Position numbers and translations under genes: made by a program | Origin: an uncultured delta proteobacterium | Lineage (GTDB): Bacteria; Myxococcota; Myxococcia; Myxococcales; Anaeromyxobacteraceae | Length of the DNA stretch: 64,000 nt | Assembly (NCBI GenBank): GCA_963845515.1 | Contig: CAWJSR010000026.1 | Coordinates: forward strand, 1-64,000 | Direction of reading: 5' to 3' | The notes under the pieces: generated by a model | What the model was told of the DNA's origin: nothing | Seen by the model: only the letters and a program-made list of their open reading frames with translations | Databases searched by the model: none | Shown here: positions 31,371-40,351 of the stretch, piece by piece | Numbering within the stretch: the first letter of the stretch is position 1 | Layout: each line of letters starts with the position of its first letter

Positions 31371-33689
31371 CTAGTCGACCTCCTTGAGCAGCGTCTTGAA
31401 GTCACGATCGAGCTGCTGCAGCTCCGTCGCCTTCTGCTGCGAGAGCTGCTGGATCTTGTCGAGCCGCTCGCGCTTGCGCGACCAGGCGACGTCGACGATC
31501 CCGACGTCGGCCTTCAGCACCAGCTGGTAGAACTGCTCCCGCACCTCGCGGAAGGAGCGGAACGCCAGCTCCCCCACGAAGGACCTGGCCTCCTGCACCA
31601 CGCCATCGATGGCGCCGGCGTGGCTCAGCAGCTCGGCCCGCTCCACGCCGACACGTTCGCGCAGGGCACCGGCGCGGGCCTCGGCAGAGCGGGCGGCGGC
31701 TGCCTTCACGACCCGCGCCCGGTCCCTGAGCTTGGCGAGCCGGTAGATCAGCGCCTCGCCCCGCTGCAGGCGCTCTAGCCGCTCCTCGTCGATCGCCGAG
31801 CGGGCCGGCCCCAGCGCCTTGCGCTCCTCGGCGAGCGCGGCGAGGAAGCGCTCGCGGACCGCGGCCTCGCCCGTGGCCAGGGCGACGCCGCTGACCTTGT
31901 CGCGCGCCTCGCCGATCGCCTGGCGGATGGCCTTCACCTCGGTGTCGTAGGCCGCGATCACGGCGCGGTGACGGCGCAGCTCGTCGGCGAACTCGGCGCG
32001 CGCCTCGGCGTCCCCGCCCAGCTGAGCGCGGTAGCGCTCGACCCAGAGCTCCGTCGCGTCGATCGCGGCCGTGCACCCGGCGACCATGTAGTCGAAGCGG
32101 GAGGCCTCCCGCTCGACGCCAGCCATCCGCGCGCGAAGCCGGGCCTGACGGGCGTCGGCTTCCTCGAGCGTCCTCGGCAGCGAGGCCATGGGCTTCTCGA
32201 GGCTCCGCCTGCTCTCGCGCGCGGCGGCCATCTGCGCCCGCCTGCCCTCCGGCAGCGTCTGGCCGAAGAGGTCGAGCAGCTGATCGGTGATGCTCGCCTC
32301 GAGCCAGACCGAGGCGGTCTCGACGGAGTCGCTCGCGGTCCAGGCGCTTCGCAGCGCGGGGAACGCGTCGACCGCCCCGCCGCGCGACAGGGCCGCCTCG
32401 ATCCTGTCGGCGATCCCCTCCGCCTCCTGGATCGCGTCGCGGCCGTCGTGGATGCCGGCGGCGAGGCCTATGGCCCCGGCGACGCCGCCCGAGCGCGACG
32501 CCCAGCGGAGCGCGAGGGGCGGGAGGAGGGAGGACACGTCGAACGCCTTCCCGCGGCGGGCGACCAGCTCCTCGAAGTACCTGGCCGGGTCCTCGTGCAT
32601 CGTGAGGATGGCGTCGATCTCGTCGCGGACCGGGGCGTAGGTGTTGATGACCCGGTTGTAGGCCTCCAGCGCCTTGGAGTACCGGCCGAGCCTGAGCTGG
32701 AGGTGGCCCTGGAGGATGGTCGCCTGCGGCGCGGTCATCGAGTCCGGCGCGAGGTCGGCGATGACCTCGGCGACCCGCAGCGCCTGGTCGAGCTTCCCTG
32801 CCTTCACGAGCGCCCAGGCGCTCTCGTACTCGGCCTCGTCGAAGTGGATCGAATCGACGGGGAGCTGGCGGAAGCGCTCGAGCGCCTCGGCGTACTGCCC
32901 CTGGCTGGCGTGGATGCGCGCCAGCGCCAGCGTGCAGTACTCGCGGATCTCGGTCTGCGCCGGGTTGACCGACGGCAGCCCGGCGCACTCGTGGAAGCGC
33001 TCGAACGCGGAGTCCGTCCGCTTCGCCTGGAGCTCCAGCACGCCCTCGAAGTAGCGGGCCGCCACGTGATACGGCGGCGGGACGCGAGAGAAGGCCTCGA
33101 GGGCGTTGCTGATCCGCTCCTCGTCGTTGATGTCGCGCCGGAAGAAGGCGCCCTTGGCCGCGAGGTAGAGCACCTCCGGCGAGGGGGCGCCCGTGGCGGA
33201 TCGCAGCGCCTCGCGCGCCAGCGAGTCGAACTCCATGTAGCGCCCCAGCTTGAGCGCGCAGTCGAGCGCTCCGGCCGCAACCGCAGCGCGATCCGGCGCC
33301 GAGGGCCTCGCCAGCAGCTCACCGTAGAGCTCCGACGCGGCCCGGCACGAGCCCCTGTTCCGGAGCGAGTCGGCCAGCAGGAAGACGGCGCGCGGGTAGA
33401 AGTCGGCCTGCCGCACGTCCCGCTCGCCGATCACGCCGGCCAGCAGGATGGACGCGTGGAGCCAGTCGCCGAGCGCGTACTGCTCCTCCGCCGCCGCGAG
33501 CCGCTTCGCGGCGATCGTGATCGGCGCCGAATCGGAGGACGCCCCATCCTTCTCCGCCAGCTCGAGCCGCTGCTCCAGCGCGCGGTACTCGCGCTCGCCG
33601 TCGCCCAGCCAGTCGGCCGCAGCGCAGAGCCCGGGGGCTGCGGCCGCGGCCAGCGCGACCAACCCGAGGATGTGACGAAGCGAGCTCAC
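31371..33689 (-). CDS. Secreted TPR / coiled-coil protein
   Basis: GTG at 33689 overlaps the upstream stop; signal peptide; TPRs; C-terminal LVLKADVGIVDVAWSRK. Confidence 0.8.
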   Translation of the reverse strand: MSSLRHILGLVALAAAAAPGLCAAADWLGDGEREYRALEQRLELAEKDGASSDSAPITIAAKRLAAAEEQYALGDWLHASILLAGVIGERDVRQADFYPRAVFLLADSLRNRGSCRAASELYGELLARPSAPDRAAVAAGALDCALKLGRYMEFDSLAREALRSATGAPSPEVLYLAAKGAFFRRDINDEERISNALEAFSRVPPPYHVAARYFEGVLELQAKRTDSAFERFHECAGLPSVNPAQTEIREYCTLALARIHASQGQYAEALERFRQLPVDSIHFDEAEYESAWALVKAGKLDQALRVAEVIADLAPDSMTAPQATILQGHLQLRLGRYSKALEAYNRVINTYAPVRDEIDAILTMHEDPARYFEELVARRGKAFDVSSLLPPLALRWASRSGGVAGAIGLAAGIHDGRDAIQEAEGIADRIEAALSRGGAVDAFPALRSAWTASDSVETASVWLEASITDQLLDLFGQTLPEGRRAQMAAARESRRSLEKPMASLPRTLEEADARQARLRARMAGVEREASRFDYMVAGCTAAIDATELWVERYRAQLGGDAEARAEFADELRRHRAVIAAYDTEVKAIRQAIGEARDKVSGVALATGEAAVRERFLAALAEERKALGPARSAIDEERLERLQRGEALIYRLAKLRDRARVVKAAAARSAEARAGALRERVGVERAELLSHAGAIDGVVQEARSFVGELAFRSFREVREQFYQLVLKADVGIVDVAWSRKRERLDKIQQLSQQKATELQQLDRDFKTLLKEVD

Positions 33690-34369
33690 TTCGCGTCGCC
33701 CGGCGTGGCGGATGCTCCCCGCCGACCCCCCTCCTCTTCCTTCTTCACGTCGTATCGGACGGCGGGCCTGTCCTTCAGCTCCGCCGTGAGCCCGCCCTTC
33801 TCGAAGCCGACGACCTTGATGACAGCGACCTTGCCGGGCTCGGCGTCGAACGTGTACGAGGACTGGACCTTGAAGCGGTAGCCCTCCAGGTAGCTGAAGA
33901 GCCCGTACCCGTGGCCGCGGTAGACCATCTGCACCGTGACCTGATGGTTGCCCGGGACGACGCGGCCGTTGAAGATCTCGAACTCCTCGCGCTTCTCCAG
34001 GTCCCCGTCGACGTCGACCTTCGTGTAGATGGGCGCGCCGTCGAGCGCGTAGGTCACGGACTCCAGGTAGAAGGAGGAGCCCATCTCGTTCCGGTGGACC
34101 AGGACCGCCTTCGCGCCGGTCGTGATGTCGCCGCCGATGACCATCTCCTGCAGGTTCATCAGGCGGTTCTTGGTGCGGAAGATCTTCTCCTTGAGGTCGG
34201 TGACGCGCTCCTCGAGGCTCCGGACCTTCAGCTCGCTCTGCTCCTCGGCGGTCTGCGTCGGCGCGACCGGGGACGCGGATGGATCGGCGGAGGAGCCGGC
34301 GGGCGCCTGCGCGGCGACGAGACACGGCAGGGCCGCGAGAAGCAGTGCGGCGAGGCGGGGAAGTCGCAT
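33686..34369 (-). CDS. Conserved secreted protein (coiled coil plus beta domain), first gene of the Glt-like operon
   Basis: Signal peptide; LEERVTDLKEKIFRTK, YALDG, YRGHGYGLFSYLEGYRFKV. Confidence 0.75.
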   Translation of the reverse strand: MRLPRLAALLLAALPCLVAAQAPAGSSADPSASPVAPTQTAEEQSELKVRSLEERVTDLKEKIFRTKNRLMNLQEMVIGGDITTGAKAVLVHRNEMGSSFYLESVTYALDGAPIYTKVDVDGDLEKREEFEIFNGRVVPGNHQVTVQMVYRGHGYGLFSYLEGYRFKVQSSYTFDAEPGKVAVIKVVGFEKGGLTAELKDRPAVRYDVKKEEEGGRRGASATPGDAK

Positions 34370-34491
34370 CACGTTCACCCTCACTCCCCCGGGCGCGCCG
34401 GGGGATCCACTGAACAGGAGACCCTCTATATACCACCCGGGGTGCGGCGCGGGCCTTCGGCCCGTGCCACGGTCTTTCCCCCTCGGGAGCG

Positions 34492-35079
34492 CTACCCGCC
34501 CTTCTTCAGCTCTGTCAGGACCAGCTTGGCCACGGCCTTCAGCGTCTCGAAGACGCCGACCCCGGTCGGAGCGACGGCCTGGTACTCGGGAACGTTCCTG
34601 GCGTTGAGGAAGCGGCGGAGCTCCTCGACGGTCGCGACGTTGGGGAGGTCGCGCTTGTTGTACTGGACGACGTAGGGAATCCTGTCGAGGTCGTACCCCT
34701 GCTCGGAGAGGTTCACCCGCAGGTTCTCGACCGACTCGATGTTGGCCTCCATGCGCTCGATCTGCGAGTCGGCCACGAAGACCACGCCGTCCACGCCCTT
34801 CAGGATCAGCTTCCGGCTGGCGTCGTAGAAGACCTGGCCGGGGACCGTGTAGAGGTGGAAGCGCGTCTTGAAGCCGCGGATCTCGCCGAGCGAGAGCGGG
34901 AGGAAGTCGAAGAAGAGCGTGCGCTCGGTCTCGGTCGCGAGGGAGATCATCTTCCCCTTCGCGTCCGGGTTGGTCTTTGCGTAGACGTACTGAAGGTTCG
35001 TCGTCTTCCCGCAGAGTCCGGGACCGTAATAGACGATCTTGCAGTTGATCTCGCGCGAGCTGTAGTTGATGAAGCTCAT
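34492..35079 (-). CDS. mglA: Small Ras-like GTPase MglA
   Basis: [51 protein letters not shown]. Confidence 0.98.
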   Translation of the reverse strand: MSFINYSSREINCKIVYYGPGLCGKTTNLQYVYAKTNPDAKGKMISLATETERTLFFDFLPLSLGEIRGFKTRFHLYTVPGQVFYDASRKLILKGVDGVVFVADSQIERMEANIESVENLRVNLSEQGYDLDRIPYVVQYNKRDLPNVATVEELRRFLNARNVPEYQAVAPTGVGVFETLKAVAKLVLTELKKGG

Positions 35080-35081
35080 GT

Positions 35082-35561
35082 CTACTCGCTGAAGAGATTG
35101 TCGATGTCGTCGTCGGTGATCTCGGCGAACGGGCTCTGCGCGCCCGGCGTCGCCTGCTTCTTCGCGAGGACCTCGAATACCCGCGCGAGCTCCTCCCCTG
35201 CCTTCTTCACGCGGAGCCTCACCAGGCCCAGCGAGCTCTTCGCGTCGAAGATCACGACCAGGACCACCCGGCCGGCGACGATGCTCATGTGGAGCGACTC
35301 GCGCTCGCCCTCGTGGAACTGGTTGGGGAACTCCTTCTCCCCGATCAGCTTCGCGAGCCCGCCCATGGCGGCGACGTTGCCCGCCGTCAGCGACGCGAGC
35401 GACGTCGTGTCCATGTTCTGCGCCTGCCCAGCGGACGCGATGAGCTGGCCGTTCTTGTCGACGAGGAAGACGACCTTGGCGTTCGCGTCACGCGTAAGCC
35501 GGTCGCAGATCCCGGCGATCAGCCGGAACTCCTCCTCGTACATCACCAAGCCGGAATTCAT
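35082..35561 (-). CDS. mglB: Roadblock-domain GAP MglB
   Basis: [62 protein letters not shown]. Confidence 0.98.
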   Translation of the reverse strand: MNSGLVMYEEEFRLIAGICDRLTRDANAKVVFLVDKNGQLIASAGQAQNMDTTSLASLTAGNVAAMGGLAKLIGEKEFPNQFHEGERESLHMSIVAGRVVLVVIFDAKSSLGLVRLRVKKAGEELARVFEVLAKKQATPGAQSPFAEITDDDIDNLFSE

Positions 35562-35655
35562 GCGTTCTGGCTCTCCGCGAGGATACGAATGAGGGGGCGA
35601 ATATCAGGGAACCGCATGGCTTTCAATCCTTTACGGTGACCCAACGCCGGCTTTG

Positions 35656-36639
35656 CTACTCCTCGGGTGGCGCCTCGCCGCCCGAAGTGACCGGCGGATA
35701 GGACCACGCAGTGTAGACCGATATCACTCCCCGGTGACCTCCGCCGGCGTTCCGATGCGCGCCAACGACGATCACGAGTCGATCCGAGCCCCATGTCGCG
35801 GTGCAGTCGCCCGTGGCGCGCTCCGGGCCGTTCGGCGGGCAGGACGCGGCCGGCTGGCGGCCGATGTCCGAAGCGAGCTGCGCCGAGAGCTCCTTCCACG
35901 CGGCGAGGGCGTCTTCGTCCTCGGCCGGCGTCGGGTGGATCTCCGTGACGGAGACCGCGCGATCCTCGGCGAACGTGATCACGCACGTCAGCGCCGCGCC
36001 GTCCCCCTGCGGGCAGCCAAGGTAGGTCGTCGCCTCGTCGTCGCGCTGGACGAGGACCGCGCCCTGCAGCTCCAGGAGGTGCTCCACTTCGGCGCGGCGC
36101 CTGCCGAGCGGCACGCCGGCGACCACCGGGGGCGCGACGGCGTCGCGCTCCACGCGGAGCACCGCGACCGCGGGGGCGTCCTGCTGCGAGACGGCCACGG
36201 TCCAGCCGTCGCGATCCCACGCGGCGACCAGCGCCGGGGCGCCTCCATCGGGCTTCGCGCCTGGATCGCCGCGGCGCGTCGGCTTGCCGAGCCCCTCCTG
36301 CGCGGCCGAGACGAGCTGGCCGGCGTCGGAGGCAGGCGCCTCGATCTGCGCAGCGTAGAGCCCACGGGCGCCGAAGATCAGGCGGCAGGCGGTCCGGGTG
36401 GGTCCTGCCGGGCAGCGCGGGGCCACGATCGCGTCCGGATCTCCGGGCGCCTCGGCGTAGGAGATCCCGGCGTCGCGCAGCGCGCTCTCGATCGCCGCGC
36501 GCGGCTGGCCGAACCGAAGGCCGAGCGCGCTCCCGCCGGCGGGCTTCTCGAGACGTGAGTAGTGGACGGAGGCGCAGCCTCCGGCCAGGAGGAGCACCGC
36601 AACGAGGCGGCAGGCTCCGGCGTGGATCGATGTCGTCAT
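35656..36639 (-). CDS. Hypothetical lipoprotein with two related Cys-containing halves
   Basis: Lipobox LAGGC; GLRFGQPRAAIE and GVPLGRRRAEVE half-repeats. Confidence 0.6.
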   Translation of the reverse strand: MTTSIHAGACRLVAVLLLAGGCASVHYSRLEKPAGGSALGLRFGQPRAAIESALRDAGISYAEAPGDPDAIVAPRCPAGPTRTACRLIFGARGLYAAQIEAPASDAGQLVSAAQEGLGKPTRRGDPGAKPDGGAPALVAAWDRDGWTVAVSQQDAPAVAVLRVERDAVAPPVVAGVPLGRRRAEVEHLLELQGAVLVQRDDEATTYLGCPQGDGAALTCVITFAEDRAVSVTEIHPTPAEDEDALAAWKELSAQLASDIGRQPAASCPPNGPERATGDCTATWGSDRLVIVVGAHRNAGGGHRGVISVYTAWSYPPVTSGGEAPPEE

Positions 36640-37232
36640 ATCTCTCGTCGGCCAGCCAACGCCCGCGCCAGCGTAACCTGGTCAGCGTATTCGAGATCCC
36701 CGCCCATGGGAACTCCTTGCGCGATGCGCGTGACGCGGATCCCGAGCGGCTTCAGGAGCTTCTGCAGGTAGAGCGCGGTCGCCTCTCCCTCGACGTCGGG
36801 GTTCGTGGCGATGACGACCTCGTCCGCAGGCTCGTGCTCGAGCCGGACGAGCAGCTCGCGGATCTTGAGGTCGGCAGGCCCGACCCCCTCCAGCGGCGAC
36901 AGCGCGCCGTGCAGCACGTGGTACCTGCCTCGATACTCGTGCGTCCGCTCGACCGCGAGCAGATCCGGCACCGACTCGACGACGCAGAGCAGCCTCGCGT
37001 CCCGCCGCGAGTCGGTGCAGATGAAGCACGGATCGCGATCCGTGAGCGTCTGGCAGGACGAGCAGAGCCGGACGTCCCGCACCACCCCCACGATCGCCTC
37101 CGCCAGCGCGGAGGCGTATCCAGCGCCCGCCTCCAGCACGTGGAAGGCCAGCCGCTGCGCCGTCTTCTCGCCGATGCCGGGGAGCCGTGCCAGCTCCTTC
37201 ACCAACCGTGCGATGGGATCGGCGACCGTCAT
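36636..37232 (-). CDS. recR: Recombination mediator RecR
   Basis: [16 protein letters not shown]4 zinc finger, [30 protein letters not shown]. Confidence 0.97.
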   Translation of the reverse strand: MTVADPIARLVKELARLPGIGEKTAQRLAFHVLEAGAGYASALAEAIVGVVRDVRLCSSCQTLTDRDPCFICTDSRRDARLLCVVESVPDLLAVERTHEYRGRYHVLHGALSPLEGVGPADLKIRELLVRLEHEPADEVVIATNPDVEGEATALYLQKLLKPLGIRVTRIAQGVPMGGDLEYADQVTLARALAGRREI

Positions 37233-37540
37233 CCCCCGATGCCGGGGACCTTGATCCCCCCGGTCGCCTTCTCGAGGTGCGCGTCCGCGGCCGCGCGGGC
37301 CTTCTCGACGGCAGCGTTGACCGCGGCGGTCACCAGGTCCTCGAGCATCGCCCGCTCGGCCGGATCGATGATCTTCGGCTCTATCGAGATGCGGGTGACC
37401 TCGCACTTCCCATTCATCGCGACCTTGACGAGGCCGCCGCCGCTCTCCGCGTCGACGGAGAGCTCGCCGAGCTTCTCCCGCGCGTCGGCCATCGCCTTCT
37501 CTAGCTTGCGCGCCTGGCGCATGAGGTACTGGATGTCCAT
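37229..37540 (-). CDS. ybaB: YbaB/EbfC nucleoid-associated protein
   Basis: [23 protein letters not shown]; between dnaX and recR. Confidence 0.95.
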   Translation of the reverse strand: MDIQYLMRQARKLEKAMADAREKLGELSVDAESGGGLVKVAMNGKCEVTRISIEPKIIDPAERAMLEDLVTAAVNAAVEKARAAADAHLEKATGGIKVPGIGG

Positions 37541-37591
37541 GCCATCTCCCGTGGATCAGGTCAGCGCCCGTGAGTGTCTCTTCACCGGCTC

Positions 37592-39301
37592 CTAGAGCTC
37601 TTCAGTCTTGGCCACTTCACCGCCGAGGATGCGCGCGGCATCCCGGATGTTCGGGTGCTCCGCCGCCTCCTCGCGCACGCGCCGTGACCGCTCGCGGCGC
37701 TGGGCGGCGTCGGAGGCAGCGAGCGAGGGGGCCGCGACGGCCTCCGGGGCGGGAGCCTCACCCAGCGTGACGGCGAGCCGCGTCGGGCGGCCGAAGTGGC
37801 GCGCGAGGGCCCCCTCGATCTCGGCGCGGCGCCGCTCCGCGCTCGCCGCGTGCAAGCCGGGCGGGAGCTGCAGCCCCACCTCGCCGTCACGGATCCACAG
37901 GAGCGCGGCCTGCCGAAGCGCCGGCGCGGCGGCGGGGCTCACCTTCTCGACCTCCTCGACGGCGGCGCGCCAGCGGTCGGCGAGCGGCGCGGCGGGGTCG
38001 TCTGCTGCCGCGAGGAGTGCAGGCGTGGCGGGCGCCGGCGCCGCCGGAGCGGGCGCGGTGCGGACCGGAGGCGCAGCCGGAGGAGGCGTCGCCGGCCGGA
38101 CGCCGGGCGCCGCGGCGCGCGGCGCCGGCCCGCGGCCGGGGCCGCCGCCGCCGGGGGCAGCTGGACCGGAGCCGGAGAGCGCCTCGACCCGCGCCAGGAG
38201 GTCGGCGACGTCCGCCCCGGGGGCGAGGAACACCCCCTTCAGCAGCGCGACCTCGAGCGCGAACCGCGGCTGCTCGGCGAACTTCACGTCGTTGACGGCG
38301 CGCTGCGCCAGGTCGAAGAGGCGGGTGAGCTGTGCCGGGTCGGCCGCGGCCGCGAGGGCGCGGACCTCGGCCAGCTCGGCGTCGGGGAGGTCGAGCGGCG
38401 CCTCGGGCACGAGCCTCGCGACGAGCGCGTCGCGGAGGTGGCGGACGAGCTCCTCGGCCACCCGCCGCGTCTCCAGCCCCCTGGCGTCGAGCGCGGCGAT
38501 CTCGGAGAGGACAGCCGCACCGTCGCGCGCCACCAGCGCGGCGGCGAGCCGCGCGATCGCCGCGACGTCCACGGCGCCGAGCGCCTCGGCCACCTCGGCG
38601 TCCGTGGGCCCCTCGCCGCAGGCGGCGCGGACCTGGTCCAGGATCGAGAGCGCGTCGCGCATCCCGCCCTCGGCGGCGCGCGCCACGAGGGCGAGCGCTG
38701 CCGGGGAGAGGCGCATCCCCTCCGACTCCGCCACCTTCGTGAGCTGGTCGGCGATCTGCTGGACGGTGAGCCGCTTGAACTCGAACCGCTGGCAGCGGGA
38801 GACGATCGTCTCGGGGACGCGATGGACGTCGGTCGTCGCCAGCACGAACTTCACGTGCGGCGGCGGCTCCTCGAGCGTCTTGAGCAGGGCGTTGAACGCG
38901 CCCTGCGAGAGCATGTGGACCTCGTCGATGACGAAGATCTTGAAGCGGTCGCGGGCGGGCCGGTACTTCACCGCGTCGACGATGTCGCGGACGTTGTCGA
39001 CGCCGTTGTTCGACGCCGCGTCGATCTCGACGACGTCGACTGCGCGCCCCTCGGCGATCTCGACGCAGGGGGTGCAGGTGCCGCAGGGCTCGGCGGTCGG
39101 GCCCTGCTCGCAGTTGAGCGCCTTCGCAACGAGCCGGGCGGTGGTGGTCTTCCCGACGCCGCGCGGACCGGTGAAGAGGAACGCGTGGGCGAGCTGTCCC
39201 GTCTTGAGCGCGTTGCTGAGGGTCCGGACGACGTGATCCTGCCCCGACATCTCGCCGAAGCGCTGGGGGCGGTACTTCCGAGCGAGGACCAGGTAAGCCA
39301 T
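37592..39301 (-). CDS. dnaX: DNA polymerase III subunit gamma/tau
   Basis: LARKYRPQRF, GPRGVGKTT, EIDAASNNGVD, DEVHMLS, SRCQRF. Confidence 0.97.
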   Translation of the reverse strand: MAYLVLARKYRPQRFGEMSGQDHVVRTLSNALKTGQLAHAFLFTGPRGVGKTTTARLVAKALNCEQGPTAEPCGTCTPCVEIAEGRAVDVVEIDAASNNGVDNVRDIVDAVKYRPARDRFKIFVIDEVHMLSQGAFNALLKTLEEPPPHVKFVLATTDVHRVPETIVSRCQRFEFKRLTVQQIADQLTKVAESEGMRLSPAALALVARAAEGGMRDALSILDQVRAACGEGPTDAEVAEALGAVDVAAIARLAAALVARDGAAVLSEIAALDARGLETRRVAEELVRHLRDALVARLVPEAPLDLPDAELAEVRALAAAADPAQLTRLFDLAQRAVNDVKFAEQPRFALEVALLKGVFLAPGADVADLLARVEALSGSGPAAPGGGGPGRGPAPRAAAPGVRPATPPPAAPPVRTAPAPAAPAPATPALLAAADDPAAPLADRWRAAVEEVEKVSPAAAPALRQAALLWIRDGEVGLQLPPGLHAASAERRRAEIEGALARHFGRPTRLAVTLGEAPAPEAVAAPSLAASDAAQRRERSRRVREEAAEHPNIRDAARILGGEVAKTEEL

Positions 39302-39326
39302 CTGAAGTGGGGGTACCAACAAAGAA

Positions 39327-39432
39327 GCCGGCCCACAATCCCCGGGCGCACGGAGGACGACCTACCGTTGCTCCCTTCCGGGCCTGGCGGGGTTCGGCTT
39401 TCCCCACGTCGCCCGAGGATTCTGGGCCGGCT
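39327..39432 (-). ncRNA. ffs: Signal recognition particle RNA (small bacterial type)
   Basis: Minus strand contains CCGCCAGGCCCGGAAGGGAGCAACGG within a long closing hairpin; canonical position upstream of dnaX. Confidence 0.93.
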
Positions 39433-39482
39433 CACCGGCCTGCTGCACTCCCCTCCATATATACGGGCCGGGGAGATGATGC

Positions 39483-39572
39483 TGGCGGAGAGGGTGGGAT
39501 TTGAACCCACGGTACCGTTCCCGGTACACACGATTTCCAGTCGTGCTTCTTAAACCGCTCGAACACCTCTCC
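39483..39572 (-). tRNA. tRNA-Ser(GGA)
   Basis: GGAGAGG acceptor stem, anticodon loop CT-GGA-AA, long variable arm, GGTTCAAATCC, encoded CCA. Confidence 0.95.
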
Positions 39573-39580
39573 AATAGATG

Positions 39581-39672
39581 TGGCGGAGAGCGAGGGATTC
39601 GAACCCCCGGTACCGTTGCCGGTACACCTGATTTCGAGTCAGGCGCCTTCGACCGAACTCGGCCAGCTCTCC
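39581..39672 (-). tRNA. tRNA-Ser(CGA)
   Basis: GGAGAGC acceptor stem, anticodon loop CT-CGA-AA, long variable arm, GGTTCGAATCC, encoded CCA. Confidence 0.95.
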
Positions 39673-39679
39673 GCGGGCG

Positions 39680-39708
39680 GGTTTAGCCGATCTCCGAACC
39701 GTTGCCAA
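39680..39708 (-). promoter_or_regulatory. Putative sigma70 promoter of the tRNA-Ser pair
   Basis: TTGGCA-N17-TAAACC overlapping the tadA stop, 7 nt before the tRNA. Confidence 0.45.
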
Positions 39709-40213
39709 GCCCGCCGGGGTCACCCTCGCCGCGGTCGCCGCTGCGGCGAGCGCGGAAGAATGCCTTGAGGATGGCGGCGCACTCCTCCGCCCGGACGCCC
39801 CTCTCGACGGGGAACCTGTGGTTCAGCCGCACGTCGGCCGAGAGGTCCATGAGCGACCCGACCGCCCCCGCCTTCGGGTCGCTCGCGCCGAAGACCAGCC
39901 GATCGATCCTGGCGAGCACCATCGCCCCGGCGCACATGGCGCAGGGCTCGAGCGTCACGACCAGCGTCACGCCGGTGAGCCTCCAGCGCCCCAGCGCACG
40001 GGCCGCCTCCTGGATCGCCAGCAGCTCGGCATGCGCCGTCGGGTCGCGGTCGCCCTCCCGCGAGTTGCCGCCGCGCCCGACGATCCGCCCTTCGCAGATC
40101 GCCACGGCGCCGACCGGCACCTCGCCGCGGGCCCCCGCCTCGCGAGCGATCCGCAGCGCCTCCTGCATCGCGTCATCGACACCGATGGCTGCTGGTTCCA
40201 TGAGCGCGCGCAT
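39683..40213 (-). CDS. tadA: tRNA adenosine(34) deaminase
   Basis: GEVPVGA, DPTAHAE, TLEPCAMCAGA, GASDPKAGA, LNHR. Confidence 0.95.
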   Translation of the reverse strand: MRALMEPAAIGVDDAMQEALRIAREAGARGEVPVGAVAICEGRIVGRGGNSREGDRDPTAHAELLAIQEAARALGRWRLTGVTLVVTLEPCAMCAGAMVLARIDRLVFGASDPKAGAVGSLMDLSADVRLNHRFPVERGVRAEECAAILKAFFRARRSGDRGEGDPGGLGNGSEIG

Positions 40214-40303
40214 CCTAGCAGGGGAGCCGATCCGGCCGCCTGGCCCACATCTGCCGACACCGAAAACCCCTGTCCCGCGCCCGCGGTACGCGGGTGCGGC
40301 TTG

Positions 40304-40333
40304 TTGACACAGTCATGGGGCGATCTCTACGAT
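40304..40333 (+). promoter_or_regulatory. Sigma70-type promoter of the six-gene signalling operon
   Basis: TTGACA-N18-TACGAT, 18 nt upstream of ATG 40352. Confidence 0.7.
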
Positions 40334-40351
40334 TGGACCTTCGCGACCATC

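Noticed and set aside
15316..33881. Very long plus-strand ORFs (15316..18447, 19078..21693, 28126..31374)
   Set aside because: Antisense shadows of real minus-strand genes, with no recognisable motifs.
34449..34470. Sigma54 promoter (TGGCACG) for the Glt-like operon
   Set aside because: The -12 GC is missing (GAAGG); the site overlaps a cgggcc-ttc-ggcccg hairpin after mglA.
37900..38200. Programmed -1 frameshift in dnaX
   Set aside because: No A-AAA-AAG or poly-A slippery site is visible in the linker, and the ORF is continuous.
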